DNA of 57,163 nucleotides from Burkholderiaceae bacterium (GTDB lineage Bacteria; Pseudomonadota; Gammaproteobacteria; Burkholderiales; Burkholderiaceae_B): NCBI GenBank assembly GCA_036834985.1, contig DAITMV010000002.1, positions 1 to 57,163 of the forward strand, read 5' to 3'. Shown piece by piece: positions 9,305 to 20,600 of this stretch (position 1 is its first letter; each line of letters starts with the position of its first letter). The notes under the pieces were generated by a model. It saw only the letters and a program-made list of their open reading frames with translations, ran no database searches and was not told where the DNA came from. The position numbers and the translations under genes were made by a program.

Positions 9305-10737
9305 TGCTGCGCACCTTGATCAAGCAATCCATGGCGTTATCGGTACTGGCATCAGTCGGCGCGTGTAGTTTAATGCCTGCCCTGCAGTTACCCGGTTTTA
9401 ACTTGCCTGCCGCCTTTTCACAAAAATCGGCGTCGGTCGAGACTGTTTCCAAAACCTCCGTTCCCGCAGCGGCATTGGGCAAGCGGTGGTGGGAGCTGTA
9501 TCAAGACCCTGTATTGAATCAACTGATCGATCAGACATTGGCCAGCAGCCCGGATGTGGCCTTGCTGGCTGCGCGCTTGCAAGAAGCGCAAGCCAATGCA
9601 CGCGATGCATCAGCCTCGCAGTTGCCACAGATCGACTTGGGGGCGTCGGTCACTCGGTCACAGGTGTCTACGTTGGGCTCTACGGTGATTCCCGCCGGTG
9701 TTCCGGTGATTAGGAATAACTTCCGGCTGGCCTTAAGCACAGCGTTTGAGCTTGATTTTTTTGGCAAGCTCAGCAGTGCCGCCGAAGGTGCCAGGGCCCA
9801 ATTGCTTGCCACCGGGTATGCACAGGATACCGCCGTGCTGTCGCTGGCAGCTTCCGTTGCGCAGACCTACTTTTTGTTGCGAACCGTTGATCAGCAACTG
9901 ACATTTACCCAGGAGAGCCTGGCCAATCGGGATGCCTTCCTGGATTTGGTGAAACGACGTGCTGCGGGTGGAGTGGCTTCGGATCTGGAGGTCAATCAAG
10001 CAATTGCCGCCCGTGCCCAACTGGCGGTTCAGTTGCGTGATTTGGCCTTGCAACGTGCTCAGGCTCAAAACCTGTTGGCGTTGCTGACAGGGCAACCGCA
10101 ACTGCAACTACCAACAACCCCTGCAGGCGTAGAGCCTGTGACACCGGTGCCGCCTGTGGGTCTGCCCTCCGAGTTGCTCCTGCAACGGCCGGACATTGCG
10201 CAGGCCGAGCAGGCCATCGTGGTCAGCAACGCTAAAATCGGCATTGCCAAGGCCAACTTGTTTCCTTCGATCAGCCTGACGTCCTCATTGGGGGGCGAAA
10301 GCCGCGAGTTGTCGGATGTTACTAAACCCGGCGCCAAAATATTTTCGGCGGGGTTTGGCCTGACGCTACCGATCTTTGATGCTGGACGGTTGAACGCCCG
10401 CGCGGACGCTGCGATCGCCCAGCAACAGCAGGCGGTGGCCAGCTATCAGAAAACCGTGCAAACTGCTTTCAAGGAAGTGCAGGACGCCCTGGCGGCCCAA
10501 CGCGAGCGCGGCCTGGCTCAGGATGATGGCCAGGCAAGGGTTTCTGCCGCACGCGAGGCCATGCGCATTGCACAGGTACGCTACGAAGCAGGGTATTCGG
10601 GGTATCTGGACGTGCTCGATGCGCAGCGAACCCTCAATGATGCTGAAATATCGTATCTGCAAAATCGCTACGCCCGACTGCAGGCCAGCATCGACTTGAT
10701 GAAGGCCCTAGGTGGCGGTTGGGCAAAGCCGAGTTAA
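9304..10737 (+). CDS. efflux outer-membrane factor lipoprotein (NodT/OprM family)
   Basis: ATG 9304 overlaps the permease stop (TGATG) and follows AGGAGG. Lipobox LASVGAC. Typical WWELYQDPVLNQLI motif. Confidence 0.9.
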   Translation: MLRTLIKQSMALSVLASVGACSLMPALQLPGFNLPAAFSQKSASVETVSKTSVPAAALGKRWWELYQDPVLNQLIDQTLASSPDVALLAARLQEAQANARDASASQLPQIDLGASVTRSQVSTLGSTVIPAGVPVIRNNFRLALSTAFELDFFGKLSSAAEGARAQLLATGYAQDTAVLSLAASVAQTYFLLRTVDQQLTFTQESLANRDAFLDLVKRRAAGGVASDLEVNQAIAARAQLAVQLRDLALQRAQAQNLLALLTGQPQLQLPTTPAGVEPVTPVPPVGLPSELLLQRPDIAQAEQAIVVSNAKIGIAKANLFPSISLTSSLGGESRELSDVTKPGAKIFSAGFGLTLPIFDAGRLNARADAAIAQQQQAVASYQKTVQTAFKEVQDALAAQRERGLAQDDGQARVSAAREAMRIAQVRYEAGYSGYLDVLDAQRTLNDAEISYLQNRYARLQASIDLMKALGGGWAKPS

Positions 10738-10768
10738 ACTGATACCCATTACAATCTGATTGAGCCGT

Positions 10769-12070
10769 ATGGTCCCACACCTGATTACTGCGCTGACTGG
10801 CCCGCTGCTGGATTTGGAAACCCGTATGCTGGACTCTTCCACCAGCATTGAGCGCTGGTTTCGCATGGAATGGCAAGATCACACACCGCCTTTTTACAGT
10901 TCGGTGGATGTCCGCAATGCGGGCTTCAAACTGGCCCCGGTGGATACCAACCTCTTTCCGGGCGGGTTTAACAACCTATCTCAGGAGATGTTGCCACTGG
11001 CCATTCAAGCGGCCATGTCAGCAGTAGAAAAAATCTGCCCCGACGCTCGCAGCTTGCTGCTGATTCCCGAGCGTCACACGCGTAATACGTTTTATCTGAG
11101 CAATGTGGCGCGTTTGAGCCAGATTCTCAAGCACACCGGCTTGAATATCCGCCTGGGCACCCTGGCGGACGACATTCGTGAGCCAACGCCCATCACTTTG
11201 CCCGATGGGCAAACCCTGCTGCTCGAACCCCTCCAACGCAAGGGCAACCGCGTGGGTCTGGATGATTTTGATCCGTGTGCCGTCTTGTTGAACAATGATT
11301 TGTCGGCAGGTATTCCCGAGGTATTAAAAGATCTGCTCGGGCAAGTGTTGTTGCCGCCCCTGCATGCAGGGTGGGCCACCCGTAAAAAGTCGCAGCATTT
11401 TGCAGCGTACGACCATGTGGCGGGCGAGTTTTCCCAGATGCTGGGCATTGATCCCTGGCTCATCAACCCCTATTTTGACAGCCGTTCGGGTATCAACTTC
11501 CAGGAGCGCCTGGGCGAGGACGAGCTAGCCGATGCGGTCGACACCTTGCTGGCGCGTATCCGCGTCAAATACGCCGAATATGGCATCACTGAGACGCCTT
11601 ATGTGGTGGTCAAAGCCGATGCGGGCACCTATGGCATGGGCATCATGACCGTCAAGAGTGCCGATGAGGTGCGGGGCTTGAACCGCAAGCAGCGCAACAA
11701 AATGGCGGTGGTCAAAGAGGGGCTGGAGGTCAGCGACGTGATTTTGCAAGAGGGCGTGCACACCTTTGAGAGCATTGATGAGGCGGTGGCCGAGCCTGTG
11801 GTCTACATGATCGACCGTTATGTGGTGGGCGGATTTTACCGTGTTCACACCGGCCGCGGGCGCGATGAAAATCTCAACGCGCCTGGCATGCACTTTGTGC
11901 CTTTGGCGTTTGACACACCTTGCAACACACCGGATTGCAGCGACCGCCCTGATGCAGCGCCCAACCGGTTTTATGCCTATGGCGTGATTGGCCGTCTGGC
12001 AGCGCTGGCCGCCTCGGTGGAACTTGAGCGCACCGATCCTGAGCTGATTGCGCAAGGGGCTGTGGCATGA
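10769..12070 (+). CDS. gshA: glutamate--cysteine ligase (betaproteobacterial type)
   Basis: MVPHLITALTGPLLDLE...EWQDHTPPFYSSVDVRNAGFKLAPVDTNLFPGGFNNL matches the proteobacterial GshA subtype. It overlaps gshB. Confidence 0.88.
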   Translation: MVPHLITALTGPLLDLETRMLDSSTSIERWFRMEWQDHTPPFYSSVDVRNAGFKLAPVDTNLFPGGFNNLSQEMLPLAIQAAMSAVEKICPDARSLLLIPERHTRNTFYLSNVARLSQILKHTGLNIRLGTLADDIREPTPITLPDGQTLLLEPLQRKGNRVGLDDFDPCAVLLNNDLSAGIPEVLKDLLGQVLLPPLHAGWATRKKSQHFAAYDHVAGEFSQMLGIDPWLINPYFDSRSGINFQERLGEDELADAVDTLLARIRVKYAEYGITETPYVVVKADAGTYGMGIMTVKSADEVRGLNRKQRNKMAVVKEGLEVSDVILQEGVHTFESIDEAVAEPVVYMIDRYVVGGFYRVHTGRGRDENLNAPGMHFVPLAFDTPCNTPDCSDRPDAAPNRFYAYGVIGRLAALAASVELERTDPELIAQGAVA

Positions 12071-13044
12071 ATACCGCCGCCCGCCTGGCACATCTGCACA
12101 GTGTCGTGTTTGTCATCGATCCGCTGGTGTCGTTAAACATCAAAAAAGACTCCACAGTGGCCATGATGCAATCGGCTCAGGCTCGTGGCTGGCGTGTAGG
12201 TGTGATTGAAGATGGCGGCTTGAGCTGGTCATCGGTAGGCGGTGTGACCGGCGACGTGGTTTGGATCACGGTCGACCTCGCTCACACACCCTGGTGGACC
12301 GCGCAATCCGCAGACACGGTTCGGCTCAGCGAGATCGATGCGATCGTCATGCGCAAAGACCCACCGTTTGATGCCGAGTTTGTCGCCAGCACCTGGTTGC
12401 TCGAGCAGGCTGAACGGGAGGGTGCCCAGGTGTTTAACAAGCCCTCAGCGATTCGCGATCACAATGAAAAATTCTCGATTGCTCAGTTTGCCCAGCACAT
12501 CGTACCGACCATCGTGACACGCAAAGCCGGTGTGGCCCGCGAATTTTTGCAGCAGTACCCGGATGCCATTGCCAAACCGCTGGACGGGATGGGTGGCCAT
12601 ATGATTTTCCGTCTGCGGGCCGATGATCCCAATGTGGGTGTGATTCTGGAAACCCTGACCCAACACGGACAAAAAACGGCGATGATCCAGCGGTATATCC
12701 CGCAGATTGTCGACGGTGACAAGAGGGTCCTCTTGATTGCAGGGCAGGCGGTGCCGTACGCTTTGGCTCGATTACCCAAGGCCGGTGAACACCGGGGCAA
12801 TCTGGCAGCAGGCGGCACAGGCAGGGCACAGGCTTTGAGCGCGACCGATTTGGCGATTGCGCAACAGTTAGGGCCCGAATTACACAAACGAGGTTTGTTA
12901 CTGGTAGGCTTGGATATCATTGGGTCAAATTTGACTGAGGTGAATGTGACCAGCCCCACCTGTTTTCGCGAAATAACCGATCAAACCGGCTTTGATGTGG
13001 CCGACTGTTTTATGCAGGCGCTTGAGCAAGCGGTTCGCAGATGA
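12067..13044 (+). CDS. gshB: glutathione synthase (ATP-grasp)
   Basis: VFVIDPLVSLNIKKDSTVAMM N-domain and an ATP-grasp C-domain. ATGA overlap with gshA. Confidence 0.9.
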   Translation: MNTAARLAHLHSVVFVIDPLVSLNIKKDSTVAMMQSAQARGWRVGVIEDGGLSWSSVGGVTGDVVWITVDLAHTPWWTAQSADTVRLSEIDAIVMRKDPPFDAEFVASTWLLEQAEREGAQVFNKPSAIRDHNEKFSIAQFAQHIVPTIVTRKAGVAREFLQQYPDAIAKPLDGMGGHMIFRLRADDPNVGVILETLTQHGQKTAMIQRYIPQIVDGDKRVLLIAGQAVPYALARLPKAGEHRGNLAAGGTGRAQALSATDLAIAQQLGPELHKRGLLLVGLDIIGSNLTEVNVTSPTCFREITDQTGFDVADCFMQALEQAVRR

Positions 13045-13505
13045 TTGGCATTATCGTGGTCGCCCACGCGCCGTTGTCAACGGCGATGGTTGACTGTGTC
13101 TGCCATGTGCTGGGCGCTCATCCTGATCGCCTGATTGCGATTGATGCCTTGCCCGATGAACCTGTTGGCGATCTGGTGGTCAGAGTGTCTCACGCCGCCA
13201 TGCACCTGAGCGATGAGGACGGTATTGTGTTCCTGACAGATCTGTTTGGAGCCACGCCCTCAAATGCGGTTGTGCAGGCGGTTGGTGAGCAGATTGATGT
13301 GCCATCGCTGGTTGTATCCGGTTGCAATGTACCCATGTTGCTCCGCGCATTGACGTACAGGGATCAGTCATTGCAATCTGTGGGTGAAAAAATAATCATG
13401 GGGGGTCGCAATGGCATCGTCAGTACAGCCAGCACCCCTCCCCAACGCCAAACCTTTAATCCGGCAGATCAAGATGCTTCAGCAAGGGATTACCATCAGC
13501 AATAA
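13041..13505 (+). CDS. PTS EIIA component, mannose/fructose family (regulatory PtsM-like)
   Basis: MIGIIVVAHAPLSTAMVD... contains the phospho-His motif of EIIA-Man. 4-nt overlap with gshB. Confidence 0.8.
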   Translation: MIGIIVVAHAPLSTAMVDCVCHVLGAHPDRLIAIDALPDEPVGDLVVRVSHAAMHLSDEDGIVFLTDLFGATPSNAVVQAVGEQIDVPSLVVSGCNVPMLLRALTYRDQSLQSVGEKIIMGGRNGIVSTASTPPQRQTFNPADQDASARDYHQQ

Positions 13506-13743
13506 GTTGGGCCTGCATGCGCGGGCTTCAGCCAAATTAACTCAAACAGCGGGCCGCTTTCAAAGCGATGTCTGGATTACCAAGGGTGCTCGCCGTGTCA
13601 ATGCCAAAAGCATCATGGGTGTGATGATGCTGGCTGCCGGCAAAGGCTCGGAAGTCATGCTCGAAGCCAGTGGTGCCGATGAGATTCAGGCCATGGAGGC
13701 CTTGGTGATGCTCATTAACGATAAATTTGGAGAGGGCGAATAA
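13474..13743 (+). CDS. ptsH: HPr family phosphocarrier protein
   Basis: MLQQGITISNKLGLHARASAKL carries the His-15 motif. Start moved to internal ATG 13474 from the longer tracked ORF. Confidence 0.85.
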   Translation: MLQQGITISNKLGLHARASAKLTQTAGRFQSDVWITKGARRVNAKSIMGVMMLAAGKGSEVMLEASGADEIQAMEALVMLINDKFGEGE

Positions 13744-13813
13744 TCGCCCCCCGCATAACGAAAAAATAAAGCTGTCACATAGAAGGGCAGCGCCTCAGAT
13801 CATTGGAGACCTT

Positions 13814-15562
13814 ATGACCTTGGCCTTGCACGGCATTGCCGTTTCGCGGGGTATTGCGATCGGCCGTGCCTTGGTGTGGGATAGCGCAATGCGCGAAATC
13901 CCCCGCCACACGGTATCAGAAACAGTGGCGCAGGCAGAAATGCAGCGCTTTGACGTAGCCGTCGAACAAGTCGCGCGGGAACTGCAGGGCCTGCGACGCG
14001 ATTTGCCCGAGGATTCGCCTGCCGAGTTTGATGCATTACTGAATCTCCATACGCTCATATTGCAGGATCCCATCATTTCCCAGGTACCTAAAGACCTGAT
14101 GCAGTCCAAACGGATGAATGCCGAATGGGCCCTGGCCGAACAGATGGATGTATTGCTCGCACAGTTTGAAACCATCGAAGATGATTATTTGCGGGAGCGC
14201 AATGCCGACGTGCGACAGGTCGTTGAACGGCTGATGAGCCGTTTGCAGGGAACCGCCAGCCCGGTGCCTGACATCCCTGAGACGCCTCCGGGTGAAATGT
14301 GGCTGATTGTGGCCCACGATATATCTCCAGCGGATATGGTGCAGCTCAAGGGGCACCCGGTGGCTGCGTTTGTCACTGATGTGGGCGGCTCAACCTCCCA
14401 TACTGCGATTGTGGCCCGTAGCTTGAATATTCCGGCGGTGGTCGGTGTTCCCCAAGGCAGCCAAATGATCCGCAGCGGCGAGCTGCTGGTCATTGATGGC
14501 AAAGCTGGCGTGGTCTATGTACAGCCCGACGATCTGGTTGTCGAGGAATACCGACGCAAGCAGGCGCTGTTACAGTTATCCCGCCAACGTTTAAAGCGCT
14601 TACGCGATACCCCGGCGATGACATCTTGCGGTACACGCGTGCATTTGCATGCCAATATCGAACTGCCCGAAGACGTCAACAAAGTGAACGAAACCGGTGC
14701 TGACGGCGTGGGTTTATTCCGTTCCGAGTTTTTGTTCATGAACCGACCGGACTGGCCCACCGAAGATGAACAGTACGAGGCCTATCGTGATGTGATCAAG
14801 GCCATGGGAGGCCGCCCTGTCACGGTGAGGACTCTGGATTTGGGGGCCGACAAAACCCTGCAGACCGATGCCGAAAACGCAGCGCCGCCAGCGTCGACGA
14901 ACACCGCCCTGGGTTTGCGGTCGATCCGCTTTTGCCTGGCCGAGCCCAATATTTTTCTGACCCAGTTACGTGCCATTTTGAGGGCATCCGTTCACGGCCC
15001 GGTGCGCATCTTGCTGCCTATGCTGTCCAGCAGCCGCGAGATCGAGCAGTCTTTGAATTACATCGCGATGGCCAAGGAACAGCTGGCCAAGCGGAATATT
15101 CACATGACCTATGCCGTGCCGATCGGGGGCATGATCGAAGTGCCAGCCGCAGCCTTGTGTTTGCCGATGTTCACCTCACGACTGGATTTCATGTCTGTGG
15201 GTACCAACGATTTGATTCAATACGTCCTGGCCATTGACCGGGTAGACGCCCATGTGGCGCATTTATATGACCCCTTGCATCCGGCCGTCTTGCGTTTATT
15301 GCATGACACCATCACTGCGGGTCACAAAGCCAATATTCCGGTCAGCGTCTGCGGTGAAATGGCGGGTGATGTGCGTTTGACCCGTCTGTTACTGGGCATG
15401 GGGCTGCGGCAGTTCTCCATGCATCCGGCGCAGCTGCTGGATGTGAAGGAAGAGCTTATGAAAACCCCGTTAGAACCGTTGGCCAAGATCACCCGCAAAA
15501 TCATGCGGGCGTACGAGCCGGCCAAAATCGCCATGGGGATGGAGGAGCTGGCTGCGCTCTGA
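13814..15562 (+). CDS. ptsI: phosphoenolpyruvate--protein phosphotransferase (PTS enzyme I)
   Basis: MTLALHGIAVSRGIAIGRA..., GGSTSHTAIVARSLNIPAVVG (active His) and a PEP-utilising C-domain. Start at ATG 13814, which follows GGAGA. Confidence 0.9.
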   Translation: MTLALHGIAVSRGIAIGRALVWDSAMREIPRHTVSETVAQAEMQRFDVAVEQVARELQGLRRDLPEDSPAEFDALLNLHTLILQDPIISQVPKDLMQSKRMNAEWALAEQMDVLLAQFETIEDDYLRERNADVRQVVERLMSRLQGTASPVPDIPETPPGEMWLIVAHDISPADMVQLKGHPVAAFVTDVGGSTSHTAIVARSLNIPAVVGVPQGSQMIRSGELLVIDGKAGVVYVQPDDLVVEEYRRKQALLQLSRQRLKRLRDTPAMTSCGTRVHLHANIELPEDVNKVNETGADGVGLFRSEFLFMNRPDWPTEDEQYEAYRDVIKAMGGRPVTVRTLDLGADKTLQTDAENAAPPASTNTALGLRSIRFCLAEPNIFLTQLRAILRASVHGPVRILLPMLSSSREIEQSLNYIAMAKEQLAKRNIHMTYAVPIGGMIEVPAAALCLPMFTSRLDFMSVGTNDLIQYVLAIDRVDAHVAHLYDPLHPAVLRLLHDTITAGHKANIPVSVCGEMAGDVRLTRLLLGMGLRQFSMHPAQLLDVKEELMKTPLEPLAKITRKIMRAYEPAKIAMGMEELAAL

Positions 15563-15621
15563 GCCCGTCGCTTTGCCATTTGCCCGGTTCTTCTCTATAG
15601 TTGGCGGGCGTTTGAAACTTC

Positions 15622-16779
15622 TTGCCCCCTGTATTTGTGAGCCTGTCCTCTGATTCCGTTGGTTTTGTAAAACCGCAGTCCATCCTGTTTGAAGAGCCTT
15701 TGGCCTTGGCGTGTGGCCAAACGTTTGGCCCTTATCAGTTGATGGTGGAAACCTATGGCACGTTGAACGCTGACAAAAGCAATGCGGTACTGGTGTGTCA
15801 TGCTCTGAACGCCTCTCATCATGTGGCTGGCCAATATGAGGATGATCCGCGCAATACCGGCTGGTGGGACAATATGGTGGGTCCTGGCAAACCCGTAGAT
15901 ACCAACCGGTTTTTTGTCATTGGCGTCAACAATCTGGGGTCCTGTTTTGGTTCGACAGGCCCCAGCTCCATCAACCCGGCCACCGGTAAACCCTATGGTA
16001 GAAGCTTCCCTGTGGTGACGGTGGAAGACTGGGTCAACGCCCAAGCCCGGCTTGCCGATTATCTGGGCATTGAGCGTTTTGCGGCTGTGATGGGGGGTAG
16101 CCTGGGCGGCATGCAGGCCTTGCAGTGGAGCTTGAGTTACCCGGACCGCATCGCCCATTGCATCGTGGTGGCGTCCGCGCCCAAGCTGTCTACACAAAAT
16201 ATCGCTTTTAACGACGTCGCCCGGCAGGCGATTGTCACAGACCCCGATTACCACGGGGGCCACTATTACGAACATGGTGTGGTGCCCAAGCGGGGTTTGC
16301 GTGTGGCGCGAATGATCGGACACATCACCTATTTGTCGGGCGATGACATGTCCGAGCGGTTTGGCCGCTCCTTGAAAAACGATGACTATACCTATGGGTA
16401 CGATGTTGATTTTGAGGTGGAGTCATACCTGCGTTACCAAGGCGACAAGTTTTCGGATTATTTTGATGCCAACACCTATCTGATCATCACCAAGGCGCTG
16501 GATTATTTTGACCCGGCGCGGCACACCGATGGTGATCTGGCCCGTGCGCTGGCGGTGGCCCGAGCTAAGTTTTTGCTGGTCTCGTTCAGTACCGACTGGC
16601 GTTTTGCGCCCGAGCGTTCCCGCGAGATGGTCGAGGCCTTGCTCAGCAACAATCGGGATGTGGTGTACGCTGAAATTGACGCTCCCCATGGGCACGACGC
16701 ATTTTTGCTCACCGATGATCGCTATCACAACGTAGTGCGCGCGTATTTTGAGCGTATTTATGCGGAGCTGTCGGTATGA
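15622..16779 (+). CDS. metX: homoserine O-acyltransferase MetX (succinyl/acetyl)
   Basis: [29 protein letters not shown] nucleophile elbow and DWRF motif. Exact start uncertain (TTG 15622 or GTG 15637). Confidence 0.9.
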   Translation: MPPVFVSLSSDSVGFVKPQSILFEEPLALACGQTFGPYQLMVETYGTLNADKSNAVLVCHALNASHHVAGQYEDDPRNTGWWDNMVGPGKPVDTNRFFVIGVNNLGSCFGSTGPSSINPATGKPYGRSFPVVTVEDWVNAQARLADYLGIERFAAVMGGSLGGMQALQWSLSYPDRIAHCIVVASAPKLSTQNIAFNDVARQAIVTDPDYHGGHYYEHGVVPKRGLRVARMIGHITYLSGDDMSERFGRSLKNDDYTYGYDVDFEVESYLRYQGDKFSDYFDANTYLIITKALDYFDPARHTDGDLARALAVARAKFLLVSFSTDWRFAPERSREMVEALLSNNRDVVYAEIDAPHGHDAFLLTDDRYHNVVRAYFERIYAELSV

Positions 16780-17414
16780 ACACCACCTCCTACACCAAGC
16801 TGGGGCGTGATGTGAAGTTTATTCCCAATGTATTGCCGCGTGCTGATTTGGATCTGATTGAGTCATGGGTCCCGACCGGAGCTCGCGTCCTGGATCTGGG
16901 CTGTGGCGACGGAACCTTGCTGGAGCGACTGGCTACCCGTCGCCAGGTCAAGGGGTATGGCGTAGACATTGATGACCGCAACGTCCAGGAATGCGTCAAA
17001 AAAGGCCTGAATGTAATTCAACAGGATCTGGAGGCAGGCCTGGCGATGTTTGAGGACCACTCCTTTGATGTGGTCATTCTGTCGCTGACCCTGCAGGCCA
17101 TGCACAACACCGAGCGCATTTTGCAGGAGATTGGCCGCGTGGGGCGGGAGGGCATCGTGTCGTTCCCCAATTTTGGCTACTGGTTTCATATTTGGTCGAT
17201 CGCCCGTGGTCGTATGCCTGTCTCCAAGCAAATGCCTTACCAGTGGTACGACACGCCCAATATCCACCTGTGCACCGTGAGCGACTTCGAGGCCCTGGTG
17301 CAACAACTGGGCTACGAGGCCAACGCCAAAGCGTTGTTTCATAACGGAAAGCCTGTCAACTGGCTGGGTAATCTGCGCAGCACTCTCGCGGTATTTCGCT
17401 TCAAAACTTCATAG
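16776..17414 (+). CDS. metW: methionine biosynthesis protein MetW
   Basis: Methyltransferase-like [12 protein letters not shown]. 4-nt overlap with metX, the classic metXW pair. Confidence 0.9.
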   Translation: MNTTSYTKLGRDVKFIPNVLPRADLDLIESWVPTGARVLDLGCGDGTLLERLATRRQVKGYGVDIDDRNVQECVKKGLNVIQQDLEAGLAMFEDHSFDVVILSLTLQAMHNTERILQEIGRVGREGIVSFPNFGYWFHIWSIARGRMPVSKQMPYQWYDTPNIHLCTVSDFEALVQQLGYEANAKALFHNGKPVNWLGNLRSTLAVFRFKTS

Positions 17415-17504
17415 CATCCTCACCCCTAGCAGATCTACAATCTGTCATTGAACCGGGCAACGGTCGAGTTAATTGACTTGGCCGGTTGAGTATCTTCAGT
17501 GTGA

Positions 17505-17533
17505 TTGACGTTTACGTTAACGTAAACGTAAAA
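17505..17533. promoter_or_regulatory. double LiuR(MerR)-type operator: two overlapping TTRACGTWWACGTYAA palindromes
   Basis: TTGACGTTTACGTTAACGTAAACGTAAAA contains the perfect 22-bp palindrome ACGTTTACGTTAACGTAAACGT (17508-17529). The same half-site logic recurs at 37944-37959 next to the MerR gene. Confidence 0.6.
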
Positions 17534-17643
17534 TTGGGCGTAACGGCGTTATGCCACCCGACCTACCCTGATTGCGAACGGCCCATGTAGCCGTCCATGT
17601 AGCCATTTGAGGCGCTTGCGATCCAGCGCCATGAGGAGACGCG

Positions 17644-20600
17644 ATGACTGATTTGTCCGAGGCCAAACAACTGGCCAACTACCGCCCTGCCCATAAAGTC
17701 CGCTTTGTGACCGCGGCCTCCTTGTTTGACGGCCATGATGCCTCCATCAATATCATGCGTCGCATTTTGCAGTCCATGGGGGCTGAGGTAGTTCACTTGG
17801 GACATAACCGCTCGGTCGACGAAATTGTCACAGCCGCCTTGCAGGAGGATGCCCAGGCCATCGCGATCAGCTCGTATCAAGGCGGTCACATGGAGTTTTT
17901 CAAATACATGGTGGACCAGCTGCGTAGCCGTGGCGGTGAAAACATCCAGGTATTTGGCGGTGGCGGTGGGGTGATTGTCCCGGCAGAAATCCGCGAGCTG
18001 CAGGCGTACGGTGTCACCCGCATTTACAGTCCCGAGGACGGTCAAAAGCTCGGTTTGCAAGGCATGATCGGCGAGATGCTGATGCGTGCGGACCAAGGCG
18101 TTAAACACAGTACCGGCGGTGATTTACAAGCCATCATCGGGCATACCGACGCCGCCTGGCGTGCGCTGGCCTGTCTGATCAGTGCCGCTGAAGCAAAAAC
18201 GCTTGAGGCCGGTGTGCTGGCGAGCATTCATCAAGCAGCAGCCGTATCGACTGCGCCGGTGCTGGGCATCACTGGCACCGGGGGCGCGGGTAAATCGAGC
18301 CTGACCGATGAATTGATTCGCCGTGTCCGTCTGGATCAAAACGACAGCCTGCGAATCGCCGTCATTTCGATTGACCCCTCCCGTCGAAAAAGTGGTGGCG
18401 CCTTGCTCGGTGACCGCATTCGCATGAATGCGATTAATCCGTGGGCCAAGCGCGGCGCGGATGGTGCCGTAGCCGATCGCGGCGCACGGGTGTACATGCG
18501 CTCATTGGCCACGCGGGAGGCAGGCAGCGAAATTTCCCAGGCGCTTCCCGATGTGATTGCAGTGTGCAAGGCCGCCGGGTTTGATTTGATCATCGTCGAA
18601 ACCTCGGGTATTGGTCAGGGCGATGCGGCGATTGTTCCGCATGTGGATACCAGCCTGTACGTCATGACGCCTGAATTTGGCGCCGCCAGCCAGCTCGAAA
18701 AAATCGACATGCTCGATTTTGCAGATTTTGTCGCAATCAATAAATTTGACCGCAAGGGGTCGATGGATGCACTGCGCGATGTATCCAAGCAAGTACAACG
18801 CAACAAAGAGGCCTGGACCACACCCATGGACCAGATGCCCGTTTTTGGTACGCAGGCCAGCCGCTTTAACGACGATGGCGTGACGGCCCTGTATCAGGCA
18901 CTCAGGGCACATCTGGCGCAACTGGGTTTGGCCCTCGGCGCCGGGGCATTGCCAGCGGTTGCTACTCGATACTCCACAGCACAAAATCCTATCGTGCCGC
19001 CTGCGCGTACACGATACTTGGCTGATATCGCCGAGACGGTGCGCGGTTACAAAGGCCGTGTTAAAAAACAAAGCCATCTTGTGCGGGAAATCCAGCAACT
19101 GCGAGAGTCCAAACGCATGTTGCGCGAAGCGATGCCCGAAAAAACCAAAGCCCTCGAAGCGCTCGAGGAACAAGCTGAGAAACGAGAGCAGCAGCTCGAA
19201 CCCATGGCTCGTCAGGCCCTGCAAGAGTGGCCAGAAATTGTTAAAGCCTATTCGGGCACCGAGCATGTCACCAAGGTACGTGAGAACGAAATCCGCACGG
19301 TGCTGACATACAAATCGCTCTCGGGCACCCAGTTGCGCAAAGTCGCTTTGCCCACATACGAAGATCAAGGTGAGCTGCTGAAGTTCCTCTTGCTGGAAAA
19401 CCTTCCAGGCTACTTTCCCTACGCAGCTGGCGTGTTTCCGTTCAAGCGTGAGGGTGAGGACCCCACACGCATGTTTGCGGGCGAAGGCGATGCGTTCCGT
19501 ACCAACCGGCGGTTCAAGCTCTTGTCCGAAGGCATGCCTGCCAAGCGTTTATCCACGGCATTTGACTCGGTGACCCTGTATGGTCACGATCCTGATCCTC
19601 GGCCGGATGTGTACGGCAAAGTGGGTAACAGTGGTGTGAGTATTGCAACGCTAGACGATATGAAAGTGCTTTATTCGGGATTTGATTTGTGCAACCCGAG
19701 TACGTCTGTTTCGATGACTATCAATGGCCCGGCACCCAGTATTCTGGCCATGTTCATGAACACCGCAATTGATCAGAACATGGATAAATTCCGGGAGGAA
19801 AAAGGTCGTGAACCGACTGAGCAGGAAGCGGCTCAACTACGCGCCTGGGTACTGAAGAATGTACGTGGCACGGTACAGGCGGATATTCTCAAAGAAGATC
19901 AGGGTCAAAACACCTGCATCTTTTCGACGGAATTTAGCCTCAAGGTGATGGGCGACATTCAACAGTATTTTGTTGAACACGGGGTTCGTAATTTTTACTC
20001 GGTTTCCATCTCTGGCTATCACATCGCTGAGGCAGGTGCGAACCCGATTTCACAATTGGCGTTCACCTTGTCCAACGGGTTTACCTTTGTAGAGGCGTAC
20101 CTTGCGCGAGGCATGAACATTGATGATTTTGCACCCAATCTGAGCTTTTTCTTTAGCAACGGAATGGACCCCGAGTACACCGTACTGGGCCGTGTCGCCC
20201 GTCGTATTTGGGCGGTGGCCATGCGTGAGCGTTATGGTGCCAATGACCGGAGCCAAAAACTCAAATATCACATTCAGACATCGGGCCGCAGCCTGCACGC
20301 GCAGGAAATCCAGTTCAATGACATTCGCACCACCTTGCAGGCCTTGATCGCGATTTACGACAACTGCAACAGCTTGCACACCAATGCGTTTGACGAAGCG
20401 ATCACCACGCCGACTGAAGAATCTGTGCGCCGCGCGATGGCCATTCAGTTGATCATCAACCGGGAGTGGGGTCTGGCTAAAAATGAAAACCCTAACCAGG
20501 GTGCATTCATCATGGATGAATTAACCGAACTGGTTGAAGAAGCGGTACTGGCCGAGTTTGAAAAAATCGCTGAGCGTGGCGGTGTGCTGGGTGCGATGGA

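Noticed and set aside
15595-16323. 242-aa minus-strand ORF
   Set aside because: Fully antisense to metX, with a shadow-frame composition and no motifs.
18502-19368. 288-aa minus-strand ORF (also 17563-18108, 181 aa)
   Set aside because: Antisense to icmF, whose single frame is continuous across all three domains.
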